The notes under the pieces: generated by a model
Seen by the model: only the letters and a program-made list of their open reading frames with translations
Database searches by the model: none
Told to the model about the DNA's origin: nothing
Made by a program: the position numbers and the translations under genes
Shown: piece by piece, positions 18,791 to 28,219 of the stretch
Position numbering within the stretch: position 1 is the stretch's first letter
How the letters are laid out: every line of letters starts with the position of its first letter
NCBI GenBank assembly: GCA_964355275.1
Contig: CAYHCB010000005.1
Coordinates: 4,325-68,324, forward strand
From: an uncultured Gammaproteobacteria bacterium
GTDB taxonomy: Bacteria; Patescibacteriota; Patescibacteriia; Patescibacteriales; UBA12465
Reading direction: 5' to 3'
Length of the DNA: 64,000 nt

Positions 18791-21517
18791 CTATTTCCCG
18801 TGGCATTTCTTAAACTTCTTGCCGCTACCACATGGGCATAATTCATTTCGTCCGACAGCTTGGCCATCAGCACCTTTCATTTTTTCATTAACTAAATCAA
18901 AAGTTTCACCATGAGGATTATCGGATGCCTCTTTTATTGCTCCGGCAAATTTTAAATTTTTAGGTTGCTCTTCCAGTTGCAAACTTCTAATTATTTCTGG
19001 GGCCATTTCAATAGCATCGCCAGTTTTATAAATTGAATAAACAACTTGCTGACGAATTAAATCATTAAGTTCTTGATACAATCTAAAGGATTCTTTTTTA
19101 TACTCAACTAAAGGATCTCTTTGGCCATAACCACGAAGACCAATACTAGAACGTAAATAATCCATCGTTTCTAAATGCTCAATCCATAATTGATCAATTG
19201 AACGAATCAAAATTCCTTTTTCGATTTCCGAAGATTCAATATTTAACTCTTTAAAAGCTAAAGCTAAAGCATCGTATTTACTTTTAGCTAAATCATTTAA
19301 ATAAGTAATCAAATCATGGCCAGGGTCATGAGCTATTGATTTGTTTGTTTCTTCAATTTTATTTTTTTCTTCAGTGTTTAAAGTAAATATTGTGCCAACG
19401 GTTTCAATAATTTCTTTGAGATTCCAATCACGAAGATCGCCTAAACAATTAAGTTCAACTACTCTTCCTATTTCCAGGCGAACATATTCTAAAATAATAT
19501 CCCCTAGAGTTTTATCTCCGTGGCTAGTAGGATCTTCAGCAATTTCTAAAATTTCACGACGACGTCGATAAATCGCCTCACGATGTTTATTAATAACATC
19601 ATCATATTCTACTAAATGTTTTCGCATATCAAAGTTGTTGCCTTCAACTTTTTTTTGAGCGGATTCAACTGACTTAGAAATAATTCCACTTTCAATTGGC
19701 ATGTCAGCGGGAACATTTAACATTTTCATAGTATTTTTCATCCGATCACCACCAAAAATTCTCATTAAATCATCATCAGTTGAAACATAAAAACGAGACG
19801 AACCAGGATCACCCTGACGACCAGCGCGACCGCGCAACTGATTATCAATACGTCGTGATTCATGTCGCTCGGTACCAATCACGTGAAGACCGCCGAGTTC
19901 ACAAATTTTAGCCTGCTCTGCTTTGGCTCTAATTATATCTTCCGGATTATTGTTATCTGGTGTACCACCAAGTAAAATATCAACTCCACGACCAGCCATA
20001 TTAGTGGCTAGTGTAATACCGCCTAAGCGACCAGCCTGAGAAATAATTTCTGCTTCTTTTTGATGGTTCTTAGCGTTTAACATTGCTGGATGCAAACCTT
20101 CTCGCTCCATCATATCAGCTAACACCTCATTCTTTTCGATAGAAATGGTACCAATTAAAATTGGCTGACCTAAAGCATGACGTTCTTTGACATCAGCAAT
20201 AACGGCATTAAACTTATCCTCTTCGGTCCGATAAATTAAATCGTTTAAATCTTTTCGGATATTAGGCCGATTAGTCGGGATAACAATTGTTTCTAACTTA
20301 TAAATTTTATGAAATTCTTCAGCTTCAGTAACAGCTGTTCCGGTCATACCGCATAACTTATCATACATACGAAATAAATTTTGAAAGGTAATAGTCGCCA
20401 TAGTCTGAGATTCTTTTTGAACTTTTACATTCTCTTTAGCTTCAATTGCTTGATGAAGACCCTCGCTATAACGACGACCAGGCATCATTCTTCCAGTAAA
20501 TTCATCAACAATAATAATTTCATCATCTTTAACAACGTAATCGCGATCACGTTTAAATAATACTCTAGCTTTTAAAGCTTGCTCAATGTGATGCACGTCT
20601 TTAATACCACCAGCGACATAAATATTCTCTACCCCTAACATTTTTTCCATTTTAGTCATGCCACCTTCAGATAAAGTAGCACTGCGTAATTTTTCATCAA
20701 CATTATAATCTTCATTCTCAACTAAACGCTGAACTAATTCAGAAAATTTGAAATATTTATCAGTTGATTCTTCGGCGGCGGAACTAATAATAAGCGGCGT
20801 TCTGGCTTCATCGATTAAAATTGAATCGATTTCATCAACAATGGCATAACGCAGAGTTCTCTGCACTGTTTGACTTAAAGTGCCCACCATATTATCGCGC
20901 AAGAAATCAAAACCAAATTCATTATTGGTACCATAAGTGATATCACAATAATAAGCTTCGCGACGAGAAATTCTTTTAAAATGTTTTAAGCGGTCGTCAT
21001 ATTGTTCGTCATCAGTATATTCTGGATCATAAGTATAAGCGGTGTCGTGAACAATAACACTCACCGATAAGCCTAGGGCATAATAAACTGGAGCCATCCA
21101 ACCAGCACCAATTCTGGCTAAATAATCATTAACGGTAATTAAATGAACACCTTTTTCTTCTAAAGCATTAAGATAAAGAGGTAAGGTGGCCACCAAGGTT
21201 TTACCTTCACCGGTTTTCATTTCAGCAATTTCACCGCGATGTAAAATAATGCCACCAACTAACTGAACATCATAATGACGTTTATCAAGCAGACGCTTGG
21301 AAACTTCTCTAACTACAGCATAAGCCTCTGGCAAAATTTCATCTAAAGTTTCACCTTTAGCCAGACGCTCTTTAAACAATACAGTTTTATTTTTTAAATC
21401 GGTGGCTGATAAATTAAGCAACGATTCCTCAAAACTATTAATTTGCGCAATTATAGGATTTAAGGTTTTAATGATTTTTTCATTAGGATCGCCTAAAAGT
21501 TTGTCTAGGAAATTCAT
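18791..21517 (-). CDS. secA: Preprotein translocase ATPase SecA
   Basis: 908 aa. Walker A MKTGEGKT, DEAD-like DEVD, IRA and helical scaffold regions, and the C-terminal zinc finger CPCGSGKKFKKCHG. Confidence 0.95.
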   Translation of the reverse strand: MNFLDKLLGDPNEKIIKTLNPIIAQINSFEESLLNLSATDLKNKTVLFKERLAKGETLDEILPEAYAVVREVSKRLLDKRHYDVQLVGGIILHRGEIAEMKTGEGKTLVATLPLYLNALEEKGVHLITVNDYLARIGAGWMAPVYYALGLSVSVIVHDTAYTYDPEYTDDEQYDDRLKHFKRISRREAYYCDITYGTNNEFGFDFLRDNMVGTLSQTVQRTLRYAIVDEIDSILIDEARTPLIISSAAEESTDKYFKFSELVQRLVENEDYNVDEKLRSATLSEGGMTKMEKMLGVENIYVAGGIKDVHHIEQALKARVLFKRDRDYVVKDDEIIIVDEFTGRMMPGRRYSEGLHQAIEAKENVKVQKESQTMATITFQNLFRMYDKLCGMTGTAVTEAEEFHKIYKLETIVIPTNRPNIRKDLNDLIYRTEEDKFNAVIADVKERHALGQPILIGTISIEKNEVLADMMEREGLHPAMLNAKNHQKEAEIISQAGRLGGITLATNMAGRGVDILLGGTPDNNNPEDIIRAKAEQAKICELGGLHVIGTERHESRRIDNQLRGRAGRQGDPGSSRFYVSTDDDLMRIFGGDRMKNTMKMLNVPADMPIESGIISKSVESAQKKVEGNNFDMRKHLVEYDDVINKHREAIYRRRREILEIAEDPTSHGDKTLGDIILEYVRLEIGRVVELNCLGDLRDWNLKEIIETVGTIFTLNTEEKNKIEETNKSIAHDPGHDLITYLNDLAKSKYDALALAFKELNIESSEIEKGILIRSIDQLWIEHLETMDYLRSSIGLRGYGQRDPLVEYKKESFRLYQELNDLIRQQVVYSIYKTGDAIEMAPEIIRSLQLEEQPKNLKFAGAIKEASDNPHGETFDLVNEKMKGADGQAVGRNELCPCGSGKKFKKCHGK

Positions 21518-21585
21518 AGATTATTTGTAATTTTATAGATATTTAAGTTAAATATGGAAATTTTTACAGTATCAATAAAAAATTA

Positions 21586-21608
21586 TACCGTAAATACGGT
21601 TTTTTTTC
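21586..21608. terminator. Orphan hairpin plus T8 in the secA / 21722 divergent intergenic region
   Basis: accgta-aa-tacggt perfect 6-bp stem followed by TTTTTTTT. No upstream plus-strand gene explains it, so it is a possible attenuator or relic. Confidence 0.3.
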
Positions 21609-21721
21609 AACCTTTATTTTTTTTAACATTAATTTGAGTAAGATAGCGCTTTTTGCTATAATTATAAATAATTAATAATTAATAAAATCTTGCTACTTTT
21701 AGCAAGAATAACTAAAAAAAT

Positions 21722-22684
21722 ATGAAAAAAATTATTTCTTTAGTGTTGGTTTTTTTGTTCTTCTTCTCACTAGCGGCCATTATGCCCGTTTTAGCCGAAG
21801 ATGACAATAATGTTAATCCAGAACTAAGATCAGCGACTTCAACAGAATTTTCAAATGAAAGACCTAAAATAGAACCTCGAGGAAACATGGAGGGGGACAC
21901 TTCTAATTTAGAAAGAATCCCAGCCCCAGCTTATATTAAATATTTTGAAAAAATTAGAAAAGTAGGCCAAGATTTATTCGGAGTTAGAAAATCTGAATCC
22001 GAAGTTAATAAATTAAAAAAAGAAGATGGCGTAAAGAATGCGGACGGAACTAGCGCCTCAGGTACTAGTAGTTTAGAAAGAATCCCTTCCCCATCACAAA
22101 TTAATTTATTTGAAAAAATAAAAAAAGTTGGTCAAGATTTATTCGGAGTTAGAAAAACTGAAAAGTCAGAAGATAACAATAATGCTTCTAATAACAATAA
22201 TGCTTTCAGTTCAGATGCTAGGGGTAGTTTAGAAAAAATTGTTTCTTTAGACCAGGTTAAGTTTTACGACAAAATAACCAAAATCGGCGATGAATTATTT
22301 GGTTTAAGAAAAAAAGGTACTTATGTTTTACCAAGTATGTCGACTGAACTTATAGCATGTGTCTCAGCCGCTATTGACGCTAAAGACCTTAAATTAATTG
22401 AAGTATTAAATACAACAGCAACTGAAATTTCAACTGCCATTACCGCTCGTGGTACTTGTCAAAAAGCTGCTCTACTATTAACTGAGAAAAGACAAGACGC
22501 TCTGGGAAGTTGCAATAAAACTTTTCAAGAAGCTGCTAAGGTAGCTAGAGAAAAAGCTAAAAAAGCGCAAAATGAAATTTGGAAAGTTTACACTACCAGC
22601 TTAAAAGCTTGCTCAACTACTGCCAGCTCCTCTGAAATAATGATTGAAGATGGTAGCTTGGATTTAGGAGAAACTTTAAAGTAA
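21722..22684 (+). CDS. Secreted protein with three tandem ~40-aa repeats and a Cys-containing C-terminal domain
   Basis: Signal peptide MKKIISLVLVFLFFFSLAAIMPVLA. Three repeats (NLERIPAPAYIKYFEKIRKVGQDLFGVRK / SLERIPSPSQINLFEKIKKVGQDLFGVRK / SLEKIVSLDQVKFYDKITKIGDELFGLRK) are also visible as ~95-nt DNA repeats. Confidence 0.6.
   Translation: MKKIISLVLVFLFFFSLAAIMPVLAEDDNNVNPELRSATSTEFSNERPKIEPRGNMEGDTSNLERIPAPAYIKYFEKIRKVGQDLFGVRKSESEVNKLKKEDGVKNADGTSASGTSSLERIPSPSQINLFEKIKKVGQDLFGVRKTEKSEDNNNASNNNNAFSSDARGSLEKIVSLDQVKFYDKITKIGDELFGLRKKGTYVLPSMSTELIACVSAAIDAKDLKLIEVLNTTATEISTAITARGTCQKAALLLTEKRQDALGSCNKTFQEAAKVAREKAKKAQNEIWKVYTTSLKACSTTASSSEIMIEDGSLDLGETLK
21905..22310 (+). repeat. Three imperfect tandem ~95-170 nt coding repeats inside the 21722-22684 gene
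   Basis: Repeated DNA blocks ttagaaagaatccc...ccaagatttattcggagttagaaaa start near 21905, 22072 and 22216 (the third is diverged). Confidence 0.6.
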
Positions 22685-22710
22685 TAATAAGCCATATAGT
22701 CTAATAAAAA

Positions 22711-22740
22711 TCGGCTCTTACTAAGAGTCGATTTTTTATT
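22711..22740. terminator. Bidirectional intrinsic terminator between the secreted-repeat gene and hpf
   Basis: tcggctctt-act-aagagtcga 9-bp stem (one G-U) flanked by AAAAA on one side and TTTTTTATT on the other. Confidence 0.75.
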
Positions 22741-22747
22741 TAGCTAT

Positions 22748-23071
22748 TTATTTACCTCTTTTTTTGTCCCGAGTTTTCTCTTTATATTTTACGATAACGC
22801 CCTCTAAGTGATCCTTTACCTTATCAATGGCTTTATATAAATCTTCTTCGGTTTTTTCTACTCTTAGTAAATCATGAGGGACCTGGATATTAACTTCAAC
22901 GCGGAATACTTCACCTTTATTTTGACCACCAATAATTCTTTCTAACTCGACATCAAAGTTTATCACATCAATATTCCCTAAATATTTTTCCAGCATATCC
23001 ATTTTATCTTGGACATAGTTTTCGATCGCTGTTGTCATCTCAAATTTGGTTGCTTTTAAATTAATTTTCAT
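22748..23071 (-). CDS. hpf: Ribosome hibernation promoting factor / RaiA (S30EA family)
   Basis: MKINLKATKFEMTTAIENYVQDKM...FDVELE...FRVEVNIQVP, typical short HPF, 107 aa. Confidence 0.85.
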   Translation of the reverse strand: MKINLKATKFEMTTAIENYVQDKMDMLEKYLGNIDVINFDVELERIIGGQNKGEVFRVEVNIQVPHDLLRVEKTEEDLYKAIDKVKDHLEGVIVKYKEKTRDKKRGK

Positions 23072-23186
23072 AAGAGTTTAGCTTACAAATAGAAGAAGCC
23101 TTATTTCCTCTAACTACTTTAAGCATTTTTATTATCTCTAAATAACTAAATCTAACACCTAAATTATAGCATTTTTGCAACAAAAA

Positions 23187-23209
23187 ATCGAGGTGAAAAT
23201 TACCCCGAT
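23187..23209 (-). terminator. Probable intrinsic terminator at the end of the rseP-frr operon
   Basis: atcgagg / ccccgat stem with one mismatch, followed on the minus strand by TTTTTTG. Confidence 0.5.
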
Positions 23210-23232
23210 TCTTAGCTTAAATAAATAATTAT

Positions 23233-24348
23233 TTAAAACATTCTAGCAATATCTTTATAGGTAACTAAAATAATTAAAGCGATCAAAATCATGAAACCAA
23301 GGTTATGAATAATAGCTTCGGTTTCCCGTTTAACTGCTTTGCCTTTAATTTTTTCGATTATCAAAAATAGAATGCGACCACCGTCTAAAGCGGGAAAAGG
23401 AAGAAAATTAATAACCGCTAAATTAAGTGATAAAATAGCTGTAAAATTAAGTAGATTAACTAAACCAAAACGAGCAACTTCACCGGTCATCTGAGCAATC
23501 CGAATAGGGCCGCCAACAGCATCACCAGCGCCAATACCCATAAACAAGTTACGGATTAAACCAAAGAAAGCAACAATAATAAGCCACAATAAAATGGCGG
23601 TATGTTTTAAGCCTTCCCAAATAGCTTGAAAAAATGGATAAGAAACAGTATCTAATTGATCAAGCCCAATACCAATAATCGCCTTACCTTCCTTAATCTC
23701 TGGCGTTATTTTAATAATTAAAGACTCGCCACCGCGCTTTATATTTAAAGCTAACTCATTACTGCCCTTAGCGCCAATATACTGTTGCACCTCTGGAACG
23801 TTGGCAAAAATTTGTTCATCGGCTCCTAAAACAACATCTCCACTTAACACTCCGGCTACTTGAGCTGGCGAACCTTTTAATACTTCGGTAATTTGAATTT
23901 TACCGCCCGTATCGACTGATTGCGGCGCACCAATCATAAAACACAAAGAGAATAAAACAAAGGCTAAAACAATATTCATAAACACACCGGCGGCTAAAAT
24001 AATAGCCCGCTTCCAAATTGGTTTAGCGCCAAAACTATCCTTTTCATCACGACTATCACCATTTTCTCCTTTAATTTTTACAAAACCGCCAATGGGTAAC
24101 CAATTAAGTGAATAAACAGTGTCAGCTGGAGTTTCATCACCAGTTAATTCTTCAATACTTTTATTGCCCAGTAATTTGCGCCATTTCCCCTTAATATCTT
24201 TATAAACACCCAAAGCTCGTGGCGGAAAACCTAAGCCAAATTCATCCGCCTTAACACCAAATTTACGGGCAGAGAAAAAATGTCCAAATTCGTGAACAAA
24301 CACTAAAACGGATAAAACCAAAACAAAAATTATTATTGTAGTAATCAT
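23233..24348 (-). CDS. rseP: RIP metalloprotease RseP (site-2 protease, M50) with PDZ domain
   Basis: HEFGHFFSARKFGV HExxH in TM1, a PDZ segment (ITEVLKGSPAQVAGVLSGDVVLGA), and LDGG in the C-terminal TM region. Confidence 0.9.
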   Translation of the reverse strand: MITTIIIFVLVLSVLVFVHEFGHFFSARKFGVKADEFGLGFPPRALGVYKDIKGKWRKLLGNKSIEELTGDETPADTVYSLNWLPIGGFVKIKGENGDSRDEKDSFGAKPIWKRAIILAAGVFMNIVLAFVLFSLCFMIGAPQSVDTGGKIQITEVLKGSPAQVAGVLSGDVVLGADEQIFANVPEVQQYIGAKGSNELALNIKRGGESLIIKITPEIKEGKAIIGIGLDQLDTVSYPFFQAIWEGLKHTAILLWLIIVAFFGLIRNLFMGIGAGDAVGGPIRIAQMTGEVARFGLVNLLNFTAILSLNLAVINFLPFPALDGGRILFLIIEKIKGKAVKRETEAIIHNLGFMILIALIILVTYKDIARMF

Positions 24349-24352
24349 TTTA

Positions 24353-24907
24353 TTATATTTCCATTATATCTTTTTCTTTTTTATCTCTTAAATCTTTAAG
24401 CTCATCGTTGCGCTTGGCAATATATTCGTCTAATTCTTTTTCATCTCTAAATCTTTCGTCTTCGGAAAGTTCTTTAGCGTCAAAAGCTTCTTCGATGCCA
24501 CTTTTAACGTCCTCACGAACTTGACGCATCGAAATTCTTGCTTTTTCTAAACGTTCATTTAATTTTTTAACCAGTTCACGGCGATTTTCCTCAGTCAGTG
24601 GCGGGATACTAAGTCTTATTTTATCCCCTTCATTAACGATACCTAAACCTAAGTTAGCTTCCACAATACCCTTCTCTACAGCTTTGGTCACTGACTTGTC
24701 CCAAGGCATAATAACAAAACTACGGGAATCAGATACAGTAATATTAGCCACCGCATTTAGTGGATTCATTACGCCGTAAGCTTCTACCTGCACACCATCT
24801 AGCATAATCGGATTAGCTCGACCGGTACGCAAACTAGAAATATCCCGTTTAAAGAAATCTACAACACTTACAAATTCTTCTTGATGTTCATCTAAAAAAT
24901 TACTCAT
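24353..24907 (-). CDS. frr: Ribosome recycling factor
   Basis: 184 aa. DISSLRTGRANPIMLDGVQVEAYG and a C-terminal three-helix region, canonical for RRF. Confidence 0.9.
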   Translation of the reverse strand: MSNFLDEHQEEFVSVVDFFKRDISSLRTGRANPIMLDGVQVEAYGVMNPLNAVANITVSDSRSFVIMPWDKSVTKAVEKGIVEANLGLGIVNEGDKIRLSIPPLTEENRRELVKKLNERLEKARISMRQVREDVKSGIEEAFDAKELSEDERFRDEKELDEYIAKRNDELKDLRDKKEKDIMEI

Positions 24908-24913
24908 ATATTT

Positions 24914-26041
24914 TTAATTACCAATTTCATTAACTCCTAAATAAATATTGCTAGGGTTTTTATAATCAATTGTAATAAATAAAGCGCCACGACTAGTTGG
25001 CAACTTCTTATTAGACCAAGTTGCACCACCGTCAATTGATCTAAAAAAGGTTAAATTAGTGGCATAATAGATTTGTTTAGAATCTAATGGGTTAACCGCC
25101 ATGGTCCTTATGATACTGTCTTTTTCCGAAGGAAGCAAGTTTAACTTTTCCCAGGTTATGCCATGATCTGGCGACCTGGCAATCACGTGGTCCGTAGTCA
25201 AAAACATAGAACCATCGCTAGGAATAATTACAAAACCACGATAATTATCACCAATTTGTAAATCTTTTAAAACTATATTTAAATCGGTCCAATTATCAAC
25301 GGCAAAGTTAGCCTCAATATTAGCTGAGTTATTTGGGTTAGTATTAGTATTTGTTAAAAATGTATAAAGTTTAGCGGTTTTAGTTACCGCATAAACCTGA
25401 CGACTATCTTTTGGTGACAAAGCTAATTTAGCGATACCTGTATCTAATCGTTTTAGTACTCGCCAAGAAGCACCACTATCTATGCTCTTTAAGATATCCC
25501 CCTGAGAAGTGCCTAAATAAATATTGTCAGGATTATAAAAATCAATTACTAAAGCCGTAAAGACAGAAGTTGGATCTGAATCTAAATAAATCTGTTTCCA
25601 GGTCCGTGTACAATCAACCGAGCGATAAAGGCGATTACTAAAAGTGGCATAAATATCACATTTATTATCAGGATTAATGGCTAAACTATTAACGGTTACT
25701 TTAGGAAAAGTTTTTACCTCATTCCAACCAGTGGAAATATTATAGGAATAATATAAACCCTGATTATAGCTAGCTAAATAAACAGCCGCACTGTCGCTGG
25801 GATCGAGCACTAAGGATCGGACATTTAAACTGCTGATACTACCAGGCATGCCTGAAATTGAGGGCACTGAAGCTTGTTGCCGAAAACTAACACCACCATC
25901 TAAAGATAAAAAAACACCGCCTAAATCCGGACCCGCCGAAGTAGGATTAGAGGAATTAGAGTTCAGTGAAAGCGAACAAGCTGACAACACAAAACTAAGC
26001 CCGATAAGTAAAATTAAAAATCCAATTTTGCTACTTTTCAT
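24914..26041 (-). CDS. BNR/Asp-box repeat beta-propeller lipoprotein (Ycf48-like/sialidase-like repeats)
   Basis: Signal peptide plus lipobox (LSAC), then repeated SxDxGxTW motifs (SIDSGASW, SPDHGITW, SIDGGATW, SVDCTRTW). Confidence 0.6.
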   Translation of the reverse strand: MKSSKIGFLILLIGLSFVLSACSLSLNSNSSNPTSAGPDLGGVFLSLDGGVSFRQQASVPSISGMPGSISSLNVRSLVLDPSDSAAVYLASYNQGLYYSYNISTGWNEVKTFPKVTVNSLAINPDNKCDIYATFSNRLYRSVDCTRTWKQIYLDSDPTSVFTALVIDFYNPDNIYLGTSQGDILKSIDSGASWRVLKRLDTGIAKLALSPKDSRQVYAVTKTAKLYTFLTNTNTNPNNSANIEANFAVDNWTDLNIVLKDLQIGDNYRGFVIIPSDGSMFLTTDHVIARSPDHGITWEKLNLLPSEKDSIIRTMAVNPLDSKQIYYATNLTFFRSIDGGATWSNKKLPTSRGALFITIDYKNPSNIYLGVNEIGN

Positions 26042-26046
26042 ATAGT

Positions 26047-27063
26047 CTAAAGATTATAAATCACCTGCTCAAGAACGGTACTAGGGACAACATTGGCTGC
26101 CAAGTAACGCTTAAGCATATTTAATAATTCTAATATTTTACAATAATAACGCAAAGTTTCTTCATTATTTGCTAAAGAAAAAGTAGCATTTACCTCATTT
26201 AATTCTTTAGTAAGAGCGGTGTGCTGAACAAGTTCTGGACAATTCATGGAACTAAGAGTTAAGTCACGAACTACTCGCTGCCAAATTTCTAAAATATCTA
26301 AACTCTTATCAACTGTTAGAGATCCTTCGTCCTTAGTTAAAAAAATATTTAATTTTTTTAAACGCTCAGGAATACTAGATTTAAAGAAACTTAAAAAAAG
26401 TAAAGCAATTTCTAAGTGGCGCTGGTAGACCGCTTCATTTTCGGCAAATTTAACTGCTAACAATGGCCTGCCGGCCGCCAGTGACGCCATATCTTTAGCC
26501 TCACTCCGTTTTAAATCTAATTCTTTAGAGAGATAATCATAAACAATATCGTAAGGTACTGGATAAAAATATAAAACTTGAGAACGAGAAACAATTGTGG
26601 GGGTTAGTAAATCAACCGATGAAGCCAGAAGTATAATAATTACTTTGTCACGAGGTTCTTCTAAAGTTTTAAGTAAGGCGTTAGCGGCCTCATTACTTAA
26701 ATTTTCCGCGCCTTTAATGATTCCTATTTTATAAGAATTTAAAAAAGAACTAAGAGACAACATTTTAATAAAATCACGAACCGCTTCAATAGAAATATTT
26801 TTTTTGCCAGGTTCACGACTTAAAATATGTAAATCACTGTTTACGCTAGAAAAATCTCTCAGCTCTTTTACGTCAGACAGGATTAAATTACGAGCAAAAG
26901 CTAAAGCAATAGTACTTTTGCCCAAATCCTCGGGGCCGGCAAACACGTAAGTTTGGGCTAACTTTTGCAAGGTTAAACTCCGATCGAGAAATTCAATCAG
27001 ATTATCATTGCCGATTTGGGGCCACTCGAATTGTTTTTGGTAGGGCTTAACACTAACTGACAT
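26047..27063 (-). CDS. holB: DNA polymerase III subunit delta-prime (AAA+ clamp-loader)
   Basis: QTYVFAGPEDLGKSTIALAFARNL Walker A-like motif and GIIKGAENLSNEAANALLKTLEEP (SRC / sensor region), 338 aa. Confidence 0.75.
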   Translation of the reverse strand: MSVSVKPYQKQFEWPQIGNDNLIEFLDRSLTLQKLAQTYVFAGPEDLGKSTIALAFARNLILSDVKELRDFSSVNSDLHILSREPGKKNISIEAVRDFIKMLSLSSFLNSYKIGIIKGAENLSNEAANALLKTLEEPRDKVIIILLASSVDLLTPTIVSRSQVLYFYPVPYDIVYDYLSKELDLKRSEAKDMASLAAGRPLLAVKFAENEAVYQRHLEIALLFLSFFKSSIPERLKKLNIFLTKDEGSLTVDKSLDILEIWQRVVRDLTLSSMNCPELVQHTALTKELNEVNATFSLANNEETLRYYCKILELLNMLKRYLAANVVPSTVLEQVIYNL

Positions 27064-27112
27064 GTTTTTATTATATCATAGAGCGGATATAAGCCAAAGA
27101 ATGTCACTTATT

Positions 27113-27158
27113 ATTGTTGTAATTAGCTACATTATGTGTAGTAACTAATTACAACAAT
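27113..27158. repeat. 46-bp imperfect palindrome with a perfect central sub-palindrome, flanked by ATGTCA(C)TTATT direct repeats
   Basis: attgttgtaattag-ctaca-ttatg-tgtag-taa-ctaattacaacaat. The outer 14-bp arms are perfect complements, the inner ctaca/tgtag pair is perfect, and there is a 3-nt bulge. aatgtcacttatt (27100-27112) and caatgtcattatt (27155-27167) flank it as direct repeats. Confidence 0.7.
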
Positions 27159-27162
27159 GTCA

Positions 27163-28011
27163 TTATTTAGTTAATTTTTTCTTATTCTCTGGGTTTGTTA
27201 AAAAGTTTTCTTTATTTATAATTGGTCTTTTAAGTCTTTTTTCTAAAGCTTTTCTGGCATTTCCGGCGATATCTCCACCAGCTTGAGAATCAGATTTTAA
27301 TTTACTAAAACCTTTAGAATCTTCAACGCGGTGTATTTCGGTAGTCGCACGCTCGCCCAACATATTAAAAATTAGTTCTAAATCATCCATATGATCTCGT
27401 AAATTCTCTTTTTCTAAACCTTTAACTTTTTTATATTCCACTGGAGTTAAGCCAAAAGTAGCTTTAGATATTTCGGCTGTTAAAATCTCATAATCCGTTT
27501 TATCTTTAGCCCCTCTATTTTTCCACTCATCGGTTAATTCTTCACGAATAACAATTCCCCTCATTCTTTTTTCAATCCAAGAATCACTATAACCTTTTAG
27601 TTTGTAGAGCTCCCTAGTTCTCGTGGTGGCAAGTTCTGGATCTTCAATTTCTTGAACACGTTCATAGCCAACTTTAGCTAGCCAGCGCTTAAATGGCTCA
27701 GCTTTAGGCGACGGAATTGATTGGATGATGCGAAATATGCCTTCAGTGTTGGCGCAATCCGTTTCATATTTTTTTCCGTCAGAAGCAGTTAATTTCAGTT
27801 GGTGACAAATTGTCACCAACTCACTTCCTTCTTCTTTTAAACGTTGAGCGAGTTTATTCCAATATTTTCTGGCCGTAGTATTGTTTAGCTGATTAATTAA
27901 AACTTGCACTACGTCCACCACCGAAAACCACCACTCATTGTTTAATAGCACTCGTCTAATTTTTTGCCCATTAAACAAGGCCACTTTTTCAAGCTCATTT
28001 TGATTTTTCAT
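27163..28011 (-). CDS. Bro-N domain protein, DinD-like, paralog 2
   Basis: KIRRVLLNNEWWFSVVDVVQVL Bro-N signature and the FRIIQSIPSPKAEPFKRWLAKVGYERVQEIEDPE core, near-identical to the paralog at 15194-16030. Confidence 0.65.
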   Translation of the reverse strand: MKNQNELEKVALFNGQKIRRVLLNNEWWFSVVDVVQVLINQLNNTTARKYWNKLAQRLKEEGSELVTICHQLKLTASDGKKYETDCANTEGIFRIIQSIPSPKAEPFKRWLAKVGYERVQEIEDPELATTRTRELYKLKGYSDSWIEKRMRGIVIREELTDEWKNRGAKDKTDYEILTAEISKATFGLTPVEYKKVKGLEKENLRDHMDDLELIFNMLGERATTEIHRVEDSKGFSKLKSDSQAGGDIAGNARKALEKRLKRPIINKENFLTNPENKKKLTK

Positions 28012-28023
28012 AGGATGTATTTA

Positions 28024-28044
28024 TTAATTATTATTCTTTAATCA
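28024..28044 (-). promoter_or_regulatory. Conserved upstream motif of the Bro-N paralog 2
   Basis: TTAATTATTA-ttct-TTAATCA, 12-32 nt upstream of the start. These are the same two blocks as at 16042-16060, with a spacer 2 nt longer. Confidence 0.4.
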
Positions 28045-28219
28045 TAGCAAAAAGACTCCTAATCCAAGATTAAGAAAACATCAAAAAACTCTGAATAAGA
28101 ATCACTATTTTATCTATATTTTAGAGTCATTTTTGACAGAATAAAAAAATTGGGCCCTTAGACCCAATTATTAAAATTGATTTTTAAGACTTAAATTGAT
28201 ATAGTTTAGCTATAAATAT

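Noticed and set aside
19341-19571. 76-aa plus-strand ORF
   Set aside because: Antisense within secA.
21712-21900. 62-aa minus-strand ORF
   Set aside because: It overlaps the 5' end of the secreted-repeat gene and its promoter on the opposite strand. The plus-strand gene has a signal peptide and repeats that support it instead.
25848-26428. 65-aa and 60-aa plus-strand ORFs
   Set aside because: Antisense to the BNR lipoprotein and holB genes respectively.
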